A DNA stretch of 64,000 nucleotides from Nitrospirota bacterium (GTDB taxonomy: Bacteria; Nitrospirota; Nitrospiria; Nitrospirales; Nitrospiraceae): positions 43,396 to 107,395 of the forward strand of contig JAPLLG010000011.1 of assembly GCA_026387665.1 (NCBI GenBank), given 5' to 3'. The position numbers were made by a program, and so were the translations under genes. The stretch's first letter is position 1. Each line of letters opens with the position of its first letter. Positions 40,201 to 50,213 of this stretch are shown here, piece by piece. Under the pieces are notes generated by a model. It did not search any database. It was not told the DNA's origin and saw nothing but the letters and a program-made list of their open reading frames with translations.

Positions 40201-41082
40201 TTACTCCTGATAGGTCACGAGACCGGCAAGTTTGTTGAACCCTGAATCCAGAATAACGCCCACGACCCCGACCACCAGGATGGCGAAGATGACCCCGGCG
40301 ATGTCGAGATTGTTCCATTCGATCCAACTCAGGTACCCGACGCCTAACTCCCCCAACAACATCTCTGCCGGCACCACGGCGACCAATGCGCTCCCGAACG
40401 AGATTCTCAGACCGTTCACGATCGTCGGGGCCGCCCCAGGTAAAATCACCCGATAGAGCCGCTTGAACCAGGAAAGCTGCAGAATAGCCGCGACGTGGAG
40501 ATATTCCTTTTTGAGTGAACTCACGCCGAACGCCGTCGTCGCCAGGGTCGGCCAGACGGCTGCCATGAATACGACCAGGATGGCTGTCCACTTGGGATCC
40601 TTGACTGTGTACAGGAGCAAGGGCATCCAGGCCAACGGCGAGATCGGCTTCAAGATTTGAATGAAGGGGTTGACGGCTCGGAAGAGCACGCGGTTCAGCC
40701 CCAGCAGGATGCCGAAGAGGATCGCCACGACCGACGCTGCGAGGAACCCCGCGGCAAATCTCGAGACCGTGTACAAGACCAGGTAGGCGATGCCGTGGTC
40801 GTTGGTTCCCTTGATGACGAACGCCTCACCCAATTCAGTTCTCGCCTTCTCCACCACCGCGAGGGGACCCGGCACCCCCTTCATCTTCTCAGGGTTCCAG
40901 GCGTAGCCTCCTTCGCCCGTTCGGACGATGTCTCCGTTGAACTCCATCATCTGCAGTTGCTCGTCCGTCTTGCCCTTCGCATCGAAGGACGACCGTAGCG
41001 TGAGCAAATGCCACCCGCCGAGGAAGACCAGGAGGATAAACCCCCTGATCAGCCACGGATTGCCGTTATCAATTGTTTTCAT
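40201..41082 (-). CDS. ABC transporter permease (NrtB/CynB-type)
   Basis: 293 aa multi-TM BPD-transporter-like protein, in an operon with the ATPase and binding protein. Confidence 0.85.
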   Translation of the reverse strand: MKTIDNGNPWLIRGFILLVFLGGWHLLTLRSSFDAKGKTDEQLQMMEFNGDIVRTGEGGYAWNPEKMKGVPGPLAVVEKARTELGEAFVIKGTNDHGIAYLVLYTVSRFAAGFLAASVVAILFGILLGLNRVLFRAVNPFIQILKPISPLAWMPLLLYTVKDPKWTAILVVFMAAVWPTLATTAFGVSSLKKEYLHVAAILQLSWFKRLYRVILPGAAPTIVNGLRISFGSALVAVVPAEMLLGELGVGYLSWIEWNNLDIAGVIFAILVVGVVGVILDSGFNKLAGLVTYQE

Positions 41083-41103
41083 CGTGCTCTACCTCTTCAA
41101 CCA

Positions 41104-42438
41104 TTACGCCATACTGTGGATACTGAAACTACGGACGTAGGCGTCCGGTTGGCTCGCGTCGAACTCCCGGCCCATGATCGTATGCTTGGCCATCGTCCCC
41201 TGATGCGTCGGATATCCAAGCTCCTTGGCGATCCGGTCGCAGTCGGCTGCTCGATAGACTTGCTCTGCCACGGCTTTGTAATTGACCTCGCCCTTCAAGT
41301 GGCCCCACCGTTTCATTTGGGTCATGATCCAAATCGCCATCGAGTGCCAGGGATAGGGATCGAAATCGATACGGCTCGGGTCCTTTTTGATCGCGCCCAA
41401 TCCGTCCGCATAGGTTCCCGTCAACACTTGCTCCAAAACCGTCACCGGCTGATTCAAGTAATTCGTCGGCGCAATCGCCTCGGCAATCTCTTTCCTATGG
41501 GCCGGGTTGGATGCGTAGTGGGTCGCATCCACGATGGACCGGAAGAGCGCCAGGAACGTATTCGGATACTGCGTGGCGAATTCCTTGGAGATCGCGAAGC
41601 CGCAACAGGGATGCCGATCCCAGATCTCCTTGGAGAGCTTGAAGATGAACCCCGCGTTTTCGTACACAGCCCGTTGATTGAAGGGATCGGGGGCCAGATA
41701 GCCATCGACATTGCCCGCCTTCAGATTGGCCACCATCTCCGGTGGTGGCACCACGCGGATTTGCACGTCTTTGTCGGGATGCACGCCGCCCTCTGCGAGA
41801 AAATAGCGCAGGAGATAGTTATGCATCGAGTAATCAAACGGCACGCAGAAACGAAATCCCTTCATATCGGCGGCGGTTTTCACGCCCTTGTGTTTATTGT
41901 GCAGCGTGATCGCTTGGCCGTTAATATTCTCCACCGCCGGCATGTAAAACGGCACCGGGACGGAACCGGCGCCCAGCGTGATCGCTAATGGCATCGGCGA
42001 CAACATATGGGCCGCATCGACTTCTTTGTTAATCGCCCAATCGCGCACCATGGCCCAGCCGGCCGCCCGTTTGACCCTGGCATTCAGGCCATGTTTGCTA
42101 TAGAACCCCAGCGGTTCCGCCATGATGATCGGCGTGGCGCAGGTGATGGGAATAAAGCCGATGCTGAGGTCCGTCTTCTCCGGCTTCCCGACCGGATCGG
42201 CTGCAAATGCGGCGATGTGTTTTAGCGGGAGTAATTCAGCGATCAGGGCCGTTAGCGCAGCCGTGCCCATGGCTGCCAGGAACAGCCGGCGCGAGGGGTC
42301 GGCGGCTTGGATCACCGCCGCCGATACGGCTCGCTCGACGGTGCGTTCAAAATGCTCGTCGGAGGATTTGGCTTTCACGACACCGACTGCGGAGTCCGCT
42401 GGCATCTCCCGATTGTGCGCCCCATCTCCTTGGCTCAT
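41104..42438 (-). CDS. periplasmic substrate-binding protein, NrtA/CynA (nitrate/nitrite/cyanate) family, Tat signal
   Basis: 444 aa. SRRLFLAAMG twin-arginine signal and NMT1/NrtA-like body. AAGGAGG RBS. Adjacency to cynS suggests cyanate, but specificity cannot be read from sequence. Confidence 0.8.
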   Translation of the reverse strand: MSQGDGAHNREMPADSAVGVVKAKSSDEHFERTVERAVSAAVIQAADPSRRLFLAAMGTAALTALIAELLPLKHIAAFAADPVGKPEKTDLSIGFIPITCATPIIMAEPLGFYSKHGLNARVKRAAGWAMVRDWAINKEVDAAHMLSPMPLAITLGAGSVPVPFYMPAVENINGQAITLHNKHKGVKTAADMKGFRFCVPFDYSMHNYLLRYFLAEGGVHPDKDVQIRVVPPPEMVANLKAGNVDGYLAPDPFNQRAVYENAGFIFKLSKEIWDRHPCCGFAISKEFATQYPNTFLALFRSIVDATHYASNPAHRKEIAEAIAPTNYLNQPVTVLEQVLTGTYADGLGAIKKDPSRIDFDPYPWHSMAIWIMTQMKRWGHLKGEVNYKAVAEQVYRAADCDRIAKELGYPTHQGTMAKHTIMGREFDASQPDAYVRSFSIHSMA

Positions 42439-42516
42439 GACCGCCTCCTTTATGATGTTGCTGTGCCCTTTTCTCTACCGGCCTGCCTGAGTCCAACCGA
42501 CTGACCTGCGTACAAT

Positions 42517-42714
42517 AAAAAAACGTCCTCACTCCGTTGCCAGAATGAGGACGCCATTGTCCTACTCGGAGGTGGCAGAGCCACCTCGATCCAAGACTTC
42601 CTCGTCTCGGAATGGGTCACCAAACAGAACGGCGTCCGCCACTCTTTCCAGAATGACGGACGCCGTTGTCCGTGTGCCTTATGTCGAGAACTTCACCGAG
42701 GCGCCATTGCCTCG
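42517..42714 (-). promoter_or_regulatory. ANTAR-type leader 2: tandem attenuators before the NrtABC-like/cynS operon
   Basis: Minus sense. Unit 1: P1 CGAGGC-AAUGGC-GCCUCG (42697-42714), 23-nt linker, P2 ACGGAC-AACGGC-GUCCGU (42656-42673), overlapping hairpin AACGGCGUCCG...CGGACGCCGUU + cUGUUUGG. Unit 2: AGGAC-AAUGGC-GUCCU (42547-42564) overlaps the terminator CGUCCUCA...UGAGGACG + UUUUUUU (42517-42553). Confidence 0.7.
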
Positions 42715-42731
42715 ACTCAGCTCATAGGAGA

Positions 42732-42760
42732 CATGTACCATGCCTCCCCTCCTTCGTCAA
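42732..42760 (-). promoter_or_regulatory. candidate sigma-70-type promoter for leader 2
   Basis: Minus sense TTGACG-N17-TACATG, ending about 17 nt before P1. Same geometry as the candidate promoter before leader 3. Confidence 0.3.
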
Positions 42761-42788
42761 CCCATTCTACAAATAGGCCGCGAATCCT

Positions 42789-44198
42789 CTAGACATCGTA
42801 GTACAGGTAGAACTCATACGGGTGCGGACGCAACCGCATGGTATCCACTTCCTTGGTGCGCTTGTACCCGATCCAGGCATTGATCAAGTCCTTGCTGAAG
42901 ACCCCGCCCTTGAGGAGGAACTCATGGTCCTTCTCCAGGTTGTTCAAGGCTTCATCCAGGCTGCCTGGCATCGTGCGGATCTTCGACGCTTCCTTGGCTT
43001 CGAGATCGTACAGATCCTGCTCGGCCGGTTCGCCCGGATTGATCTTGTTCTGGATGCCGTCCAACCCCGCCATGAGCATGGCGGAAAAGGCGAGATAAGG
43101 ATTCGCGGCCGGGTCAGGAAACCGCACCTCGATCCGCTTCGCCTTGGGGCTCGGTGAATACATGGGGATCCGGATGCCAGCCGACCGGTTCCGGCTGGAA
43201 TAGGCCAACAACACCGGCGCTTCGAACCCTGGCGTCAGACGCTTGTAGGAATTCGTGGTCGGGTTGGTAAAAGCGGCCAACGCCGGCGCATGCTTCAGAA
43301 TGCCGCCGATGTAATGTAGACACATCTGCGACACGCCCGCATATTCCTTCCCGGCGAACAGGGGCTTGCCATCCTTCCAGATGCTCTGGTGACTGTGCAT
43401 GCCTGACCCGTTGTCTCCGAAGATCGGCTTCGGCATGAAGGTCGCGGTCTTGCCATGGCGGCGGGCGACGTTCTTGACGATGTACTTGTACATCATCATC
43501 TTGTCGGCGGTGCGGACCAGCGAATCGAAGCGGATGTCGATTTCCGCCTGACCGGCCGTGGCGACTTCATGGTGATGCTTCTCGATCTGGATGCCGGCCT
43601 TCTCCATCTCCAGAATCATTTCGCTGCGGATATCCTGTTGCGTATCGGTCGGGGCGACCGGGAAATAGCCTTCCTTCTGACGGATCTTGCCGCCCAGGTT
43701 GTGGCCTTCCTGCCCCATATTCCAGACGCCTTCTTCGGAGTCGATGAAGTAGTAGCCGCTGTGGCCGTTCTGATCGTAGCGGGCTTGATCGAAAATGAAG
43801 AACTCGGCTTCCGGGCCCCAATAGGACGTGTCGCCGATCTTCGTGCTCTTGAGGTATTTCTCCGCCTTCTGCGCCACATAGCGCGGATCGCGATCGTAGG
43901 TCTCGCGCGTAATCGGATCGACGACGTTGCCGATGAGGCTCAGCGTCGGGACCGCACAGAAGGGATCGAGACAGGCCGTCGCCGGATCCGGCACGACCAA
44001 CATGTCGCTGTTATTGATGGCCTTCCAGCCACGAATGGAGGAGCCGTCCAATCCGGACCCGTCCTTGAAGAGGTCTTCCGTCAATTCGCTCGTCGGGATG
44101 CTGAAATGCTGCCACGTCCCGATGAGATCGACGAACTTCAAGTCCACGATCTGGACCTTATGCTTCTTCACATACTCCAACACCTCACGTACGTTCAT
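42789..44198 (-). CDS. glnA: glutamine synthetase type I
   Basis: 469 aa with canonical GSI motifs. Includes a NLYDLP-like adenylylation-loop region ([11 protein letters not shown]). Confidence 0.95.
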   Translation of the reverse strand: MNVREVLEYVKKHKVQIVDLKFVDLIGTWQHFSIPTSELTEDLFKDGSGLDGSSIRGWKAINNSDMLVVPDPATACLDPFCAVPTLSLIGNVVDPITRETYDRDPRYVAQKAEKYLKSTKIGDTSYWGPEAEFFIFDQARYDQNGHSGYYFIDSEEGVWNMGQEGHNLGGKIRQKEGYFPVAPTDTQQDIRSEMILEMEKAGIQIEKHHHEVATAGQAEIDIRFDSLVRTADKMMMYKYIVKNVARRHGKTATFMPKPIFGDNGSGMHSHQSIWKDGKPLFAGKEYAGVSQMCLHYIGGILKHAPALAAFTNPTTNSYKRLTPGFEAPVLLAYSSRNRSAGIRIPMYSPSPKAKRIEVRFPDPAANPYLAFSAMLMAGLDGIQNKINPGEPAEQDLYDLEAKEASKIRTMPGSLDEALNNLEKDHEFLLKGGVFSKDLINAWIGYKRTKEVDTMRLRPHPYEFYLYYDV

Positions 44199-44244
44199 CC
44201 CACTCCTCCTTTCAAATCACCCGCATGAGACCCTGCCGCCTCTG

Positions 44245-46929
44245 CTAGGCCGCTTTCGCCTCGAGAAAATTCTCGATGGCCGTTTCAACTCCCGTTCGTA
44301 CCCGCTCCAATTGTCCGTGATCGTCGAGCTTCTTGCCCCGATGATCCGCGACATAAAACACGTCCGCCACCTGATCCAGCCTCGTGGAAATGCGGGCGGC
44401 ATGGATGGATAACCCAAGCTGAAAAATCGTGTTCGTGATCACATACAACAGACCCTGCCGGTCGTCGGCAAACACGTCGAGGATCGTATAGGCGTCCGAC
44501 GTTTCATTGTCGATCCGCACCTCCGTCGCTTCACGGGCTTTCGGCAAGGATCTCGTCAGCTTCAGCCGCGCGCCCCGGCGCAACACATCATCGACATGCT
44601 CCCAACCCTTGAGGACCGACGCAATCCGGTCGCCCACCGTCCGCAACCGCTCGGCCGGAGGGGCGCCCTGATAGTCCGGATCCATCACCTGAAACGTATC
44701 GACCACGATTCCATCGACTCTGGTGAGAATCTGCGCATCGAGAATCTGCACCCCGCTGCCGGCCATGACCCCGGCGATCTTCGAGAAAATGCCTGGCGTC
44801 ACGTCGTTATGGGTCACGACGCTATATTCGCAGGTTCCCAGCTCACTATTGAACTCCGCCTCCACCAGCACCTCGCCGACATGCAATCGTCGCACAGCCG
44901 CCAAATGCGCCGCAATACGGGCCGGCGACGTGCCATAGGCATAGCGTTCGGGGAATTGCCCCAACTGGCTCTCGACCCAGGCCAGAGTCCCACTTCCCTG
45001 CCCGGCCAGCAACGGATGGTTGCTGACCTCTTCGGCAATCTGGCGGACTCGCTCCGGAGCCATGACTCCATTCCGCTCCCCCGACACCTCGGCCATCGTG
45101 CGCTGATAGAGCTCGACCAGGAGCGATTCCTTCCACTTGGTCAAGACTCCGGGCCCGACCGCCGCGATATCGGCAGCCGTGAGCACCAACAGCTTATTCA
45201 AGACTTCCGGCGTCCCGACTTCGCGGGCAAAGGGCAGCACCACCTTCACGTCGTTCGGGTCCCGCCGAAAAGCCGTATGGGCCATCAGCAAATGCCGATG
45301 CACGAGGAACGACAGGGTCCGCAGATCCTGCTCATCAAGCCCGAGCCGGTCCGCGACATCCTCAGCTAAACGCCGCCCCACATCGCTATGATCTTCTTCC
45401 TGGCCCTTTCCCAAGTCGTGGAGCAGCACGGACAGGTGCAGGAGGTCCTTCCGCTTGATGCTGCGATAGATCTCCCCCATCGCCCCCTGGTCCTGGGCCA
45501 GGTCTTCCGCCCGCGCCACCGCGAGCAGACTATGCTCGTCGACCGTGTACTTATGGTACTGATTGAATTGCATCAGGCCACGGACCGTGCCCATGGCGGG
45601 CACCAGCTTTTCGAGCACTGAGGCCCGATGCATGGCCTCCAGGGTCTTGGCTGTGCCGGGCCCCGCGAGGATCGCCAAAAACGTCCGATTGACCTCCGGC
45701 GTCCGATAGGCCTCAGCCGAGACCGTATCGACATGCCGGTGAATATCTTCGAGTAGGGGCGGCGCGATGGTCAGCTGCTGCGAACGCGCCAAGTCGAACA
45801 GGCGAAGGAGCAGCGCCGGACTTTCCAGCACCCTCGCGCGATGGTCGTCCGCCACCGTCAGGATTCCGCCCCGTACGACAAAGTAGCCATCGACGCGGGG
45901 CGCCGGAAAAAACCGCGTGATCCGTTGCCAGAACGGCACACTCCGGCATCGTTCGACAAATCGCATACAACGCTCATGCAACCCCATCGTGTGCAGGTAA
46001 TACTGTTGCATGAACTGCTCGACGGCCAGTAAATGAGGCCGGTCCTGGAACCCAAAATGTTGTGCCAGCCAGATCTGCTCGTCGAACGACAAAATCTCCT
46101 GCGCCGTGCCTGCATGCACATGGAGGAGCGCCCGGACTCGCCAGAGGAAATCCCGCGCCTCTGTCAGGGCCATCGAATCGGCCCGTGAGAGGATGCCGCG
46201 ATCGGACAGCTCACGAATCGTCGGGGCCTGATAGCGGGCCATGCCGGCCCATTGGAGCAGGTGCAAATCACGCAGACCGCCTTTGCTTTTCTTGACGTTC
46301 GGCTCCAGCAAATAGACCGTCTCGCCGAACTTGAGATATTCGCGCCGGCGCTCTTCCAGCTTTTGATCCAAGTAGGTATCCGTGCCCTTGGCTACGATTT
46401 TCCGGAGATACCGGCTATGAAACTGCTCGAACAGCTCAGGGCTTCCCGCGAGAAACCGGGACTCCATCATCGAGGTCTTGACTGTCGCATCGCTCTCGGC
46501 CAGCTCCATACAATCGTTGATCGTCCGCACGCTATGTCCGACCTGAAATCCACAGTCCCACAAGGGATGCAGGACTGCTCGCACGAGCGATTCGACCTGC
46601 ATTTTGGCCTCAGGACGATAGAGCACCATCAGATCGATGTCCGAATAGGGGGCCAGTTCGCGGCGTCCGTACCCGCCCAGGGCCACGAGACAGCATTGGT
46701 GGAGACCGGCTGAGGCCGCCACATCGCCCCCCTCCCGCACGGCATTCCGATAGCGCCCCACGATCAGCCCATCCACCAGCTCCGTCATCGCCGCCATCGT
46801 CTCTGCGCCGCTGGAGCCAGCCATCACCCGCTGCGCAATGATGCGTCGCTGCTCAGCGAGGAACAGGCCGACCGTCGACGGATCGACGGTCGGCGCTGAC
46901 GTACTGGATGAATCGTGCGTGACGCCCAT
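44245..46929 (-). CDS. glnD: [protein-PII] uridylyltransferase/uridylyl-removing enzyme
   Basis: 894 aa. NT domain (GGYGRRELAPYSDIDLMVLY), HD domain (HDLGKG), and two C-terminal ACT domains. Confidence 0.92.
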   Translation of the reverse strand: MGVTHDSSSTSAPTVDPSTVGLFLAEQRRIIAQRVMAGSSGAETMAAMTELVDGLIVGRYRNAVREGGDVAASAGLHQCCLVALGGYGRRELAPYSDIDLMVLYRPEAKMQVESLVRAVLHPLWDCGFQVGHSVRTINDCMELAESDATVKTSMMESRFLAGSPELFEQFHSRYLRKIVAKGTDTYLDQKLEERRREYLKFGETVYLLEPNVKKSKGGLRDLHLLQWAGMARYQAPTIRELSDRGILSRADSMALTEARDFLWRVRALLHVHAGTAQEILSFDEQIWLAQHFGFQDRPHLLAVEQFMQQYYLHTMGLHERCMRFVERCRSVPFWQRITRFFPAPRVDGYFVVRGGILTVADDHRARVLESPALLLRLFDLARSQQLTIAPPLLEDIHRHVDTVSAEAYRTPEVNRTFLAILAGPGTAKTLEAMHRASVLEKLVPAMGTVRGLMQFNQYHKYTVDEHSLLAVARAEDLAQDQGAMGEIYRSIKRKDLLHLSVLLHDLGKGQEEDHSDVGRRLAEDVADRLGLDEQDLRTLSFLVHRHLLMAHTAFRRDPNDVKVVLPFAREVGTPEVLNKLLVLTAADIAAVGPGVLTKWKESLLVELYQRTMAEVSGERNGVMAPERVRQIAEEVSNHPLLAGQGSGTLAWVESQLGQFPERYAYGTSPARIAAHLAAVRRLHVGEVLVEAEFNSELGTCEYSVVTHNDVTPGIFSKIAGVMAGSGVQILDAQILTRVDGIVVDTFQVMDPDYQGAPPAERLRTVGDRIASVLKGWEHVDDVLRRGARLKLTRSLPKAREATEVRIDNETSDAYTILDVFADDRQGLLYVITNTIFQLGLSIHAARISTRLDQVADVFYVADHRGKKLDDHGQLERVRTGVETAIENFLEAKAA

Positions 46930-46931
46930 GG

Positions 46932-47282
<351 letters not shown>

Positions 47283-47367
47283 TTACCTGGCTGACCCGAA
47301 AGCAACGACTGTACATCGTCGCTGGGGTCGCCGGCATGATCGCGTGGTCGATAGTGTCATGGTCCGT

Positions 47368-48774
47368 TTATGAATAGGCCCGCTCATTATGCTGGCTGAG
47401 GTCCAGCCCGGTTGATTCGTCTTCCGGAGAGACCCGCAACCCCACCGTTATATTCACCACCTTCAAAATAATCCAGGTGCCGATCACGGAAAACAGCGCC
47501 ACCGCGCAAACCATGACGGCCTGAATGCCCAACTGTCCGGCATTCCCGAAAAAGAGCCCGTCAGCCCCGGCGGCATTGATCGCCTTGGAGGCGAATAGCC
47601 CTGTCGCGAGGATGCCGAAGACTCCGCCCACACCGTGGATTCCCACGACGTCAAGCGAGTCATCATAGCCCATCCTCCCCTTCCAAACAACGGCGAAATA
47701 GCACAGAAACCCTGCAAAAACGCCAATTACGATCGCTGAAAACGGTCCGATATAGCCGGAAGCCGGCGTCACAGTCGCCAGGCCGGCCACCGCGCCGCTG
47801 GCCAGACCGAGCACGGTGGGCCTTCCGCGATGGGCCCACTCCACCCCCATCCACACCAGGGCGCCAGTGACCGCCGCCGCATGGGTCGCCAGGAAGGTGC
47901 TCCCGGCCAGCCCATTCGCCCCCAACGCACTGCCCGCGTTGAACCCGAACCAGCCGAACCAGAGGAGGCCGGTTCCCAACAGCGTAAAGGGCAGGTTATG
48001 AGGAGCCATGTAATCGGCTCCATGGCCCTTGCGCTTTCCCATCACGATGGCGCAGACCAGGGCGCTCACCCCGGAACTGATATGCACCACCGCGCCGCCG
48101 GCAAAATCCAGCGCGCCCATCTTCCCCAGCCATCCACCGCCCCAGATCCAATGGGCCACCGGAGAATAAATCAACAGGGACCACAAGGCCGCAAACAGCA
48201 GCAGCGCAGAAAACTTCATCCGCTCCGCAAACGCCCCGGTGATCAGAGCCGGCGTAATCGCGGCGAACATGAGCTGGAATAACATGAACACTTGATGGGG
48301 AATCGTCGGGCCATAGACGGGATGCGGCTCGCTGCCCACCCCGCTAAGCCCAACCCACTCAAGGCCTCCGATGAAGCCCCCCTTATCGGGGCCGAACGCC
48401 AGGCTGTACCCGACAAGAATCCAGATCAGACTGACCAGACACAGAATGACGAGACTCTGCATGATCGTCCCCAGGATGTTCTTGCTTCGAACAAGACCCC
48501 CGTAGAAGAGCGCCAAGCCTGGCATCGTCATAAGCAAGACCATCGCCGTGGACATAAGAACCCATGCCGTATCCCCCGTATCGATCTTCAGCACAGGGGC
48601 TGCGGCAGCGGCGACCGCTTCAACCGGTGCGACCGCTGTGTCCTGAGCCACGACTGGCCCAGTAAAGGCCGCCATGACTCCCACCAGCAAGGCCGCGATG
48701 CTCAGGCCTGCGGACAGGAGCGTCCGTTGGTGCGTTCGCTTGCGACTACAGTCTCGTTCCTGGTCAATCACCAT
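47368..48774 (-). CDS. amtB: ammonium transporter
   Basis: Amt/MEP family motifs (DFAGG.VVH, GVHG.GG..G). ATG 48774 is preceded by GGAGAAGGAGGGG. Confidence 0.92.
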   Translation of the reverse strand: MVIDQERDCSRKRTHQRTLLSAGLSIAALLVGVMAAFTGPVVAQDTAVAPVEAVAAAAAPVLKIDTGDTAWVLMSTAMVLLMTMPGLALFYGGLVRSKNILGTIMQSLVILCLVSLIWILVGYSLAFGPDKGGFIGGLEWVGLSGVGSEPHPVYGPTIPHQVFMLFQLMFAAITPALITGAFAERMKFSALLLFAALWSLLIYSPVAHWIWGGGWLGKMGALDFAGGAVVHISSGVSALVCAIVMGKRKGHGADYMAPHNLPFTLLGTGLLWFGWFGFNAGSALGANGLAGSTFLATHAAAVTGALVWMGVEWAHRGRPTVLGLASGAVAGLATVTPASGYIGPFSAIVIGVFAGFLCYFAVVWKGRMGYDDSLDVVGIHGVGGVFGILATGLFASKAINAAGADGLFFGNAGQLGIQAVMVCAVALFSVIGTWIILKVVNITVGLRVSPEDESTGLDLSQHNERAYS

Positions 48775-48801
48775 CCCCTCCTTCTCCTCGGTCACCCCTG
48801 C

Positions 48802-50190
48802 TTACGAATAGGACCGTTCCTCATGTTGACTGAGGTCCAAGCCCATTCGCTCTTCCTCTTCACTCACACGCAGCCCCATCAATCCATCCACCAGTTTCAG
48901 AATCACGAAGGTTCCCACGAACGAAAACACCACCGAGATCAGCACGGCCATCGCTTGAATGCCCAACTGTGCCGGATTCCCGTAGAACAGCCCGTCGGCG
49001 CCGGCTGCATTGATCGCCTTCGAGGCAAACAACCCGGTCGCCAGCGCGCCCCAGATGCCTCCGACTCCATGAATCCCCACCACATCGAGGGCGTCATCGT
49101 AGCCCAGCCTGGACTTCCACAACACCGCTCCATAGCAGAGGACTCCCGCCCCCAGACCGATCACGATCGACGCCATCGGACCGACGAATCCCGAAGCAGG
49201 CGTAATCGCCACCAGCCCAGCCACCGCGCCGCTGGCCGCGCCCAGCACGGTCGGTTTGCCTCGATACATCCACTCCGCAACCATCCAGGCCAGCGCTGCA
49301 GTGGCTGCCGCCGTATTGGTCACAACAAAGGCGCTGGTCGCCAACGCTCCGGAAGCGACCGCGCTACCTGCGTTGAACCCGAACCAGCCGAACCAAAGCA
49401 GGGAGGCGCCCAGCACGGTCATAGGCAAATTATGCGGAGCCATATGTTCCTTGCCGTAGCCCAATCGCTTCCTCAGCACGATGGCACAGGCCAGGGCCGC
49501 AGCGCCGGAACTGATGTGGACGACCGTCCCGCCGGCGAAGTCCAGCGCTCCCATGTTTCGAACCCAGCCCCCGACCGCCCACACCCAATGGGCGAGCGGA
49601 TCGTAGATGAACGTCGCCCACAACAAAGTGAAGACCAGAAAACTGCCGAACTTCATCCGTTCGGCAAAGGCGCCGGTCATGAGGGCCGGCGTAATCACCG
49701 CGAACATCATTTGAAAGATCATGAAGGCTTGATGGGGCACGGTCGCGGCATAATCAGCGTTGGGCTCCAACCCGACGCCGTTCAGCCCGATCCATTCAAG
49801 CCCGCCAATCAGATGGGCCTTATCCGGCCCGAAGGCCAGACTGTAGCCCCACAAGACCCACTGGAGACTGATCAGGCAGAGAATGATAAAGCTCTGCATG
49901 ATCGTGCCCAAAGCATTCTTCGAGCGAACCATGCCGGCATAAAACAAGGCCAGACCTGGCGCCGTCATCGCCAGCACCAATGCCGTCGAGACCAATAGCC
50001 AGGTCGTGTCGCCCGTATCGATCTTCGTCTGGGCTGGTACGACCGCCGGGGCCGCCTCTTGGCCAAGAGGCGCCGTCGCTGCCGGAGCCGGAGCCCCCGC
50101 GTCTTGCGCATAGAGACCCGTCGCCCCGATCAGGATAGCGCAGGCCAGGACGGGAAGCATCGCGGTCATGATACGTGTAAATCGGTTCAT
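48802..50190 (-). CDS. amtB: ammonium transporter (paralogue)
   Basis: 462 aa Amt family protein with a signal-like N-terminus and a strong RBS. Confidence 0.92.
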   Translation of the reverse strand: MNRFTRIMTAMLPVLACAILIGATGLYAQDAGAPAPAATAPLGQEAAPAVVPAQTKIDTGDTTWLLVSTALVLAMTAPGLALFYAGMVRSKNALGTIMQSFIILCLISLQWVLWGYSLAFGPDKAHLIGGLEWIGLNGVGLEPNADYAATVPHQAFMIFQMMFAVITPALMTGAFAERMKFGSFLVFTLLWATFIYDPLAHWVWAVGGWVRNMGALDFAGGTVVHISSGAAALACAIVLRKRLGYGKEHMAPHNLPMTVLGASLLWFGWFGFNAGSAVASGALATSAFVVTNTAAATAALAWMVAEWMYRGKPTVLGAASGAVAGLVAITPASGFVGPMASIVIGLGAGVLCYGAVLWKSRLGYDDALDVVGIHGVGGIWGALATGLFASKAINAAGADGLFYGNPAQLGIQAMAVLISVVFSFVGTFVILKLVDGLMGLRVSEEEERMGLDLSQHEERSYS

Positions 50191-50213
50191 GATGAGCTCC
50201 TTTCCTCCCCTGC

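Noticed and set aside
42439-42516. A sigma-54 (TGGCAC-N5-TTGC) promoter in front of the nitrogen genes. The GGGCACAGCAACATCA string near the nrtA-like start looked superficially similar.
   Set aside because: The -12 element does not match TTGC, and the string lies downstream of the terminator next to the RBS. No other convincing -24/-12 pairs were seen in the three leaders.
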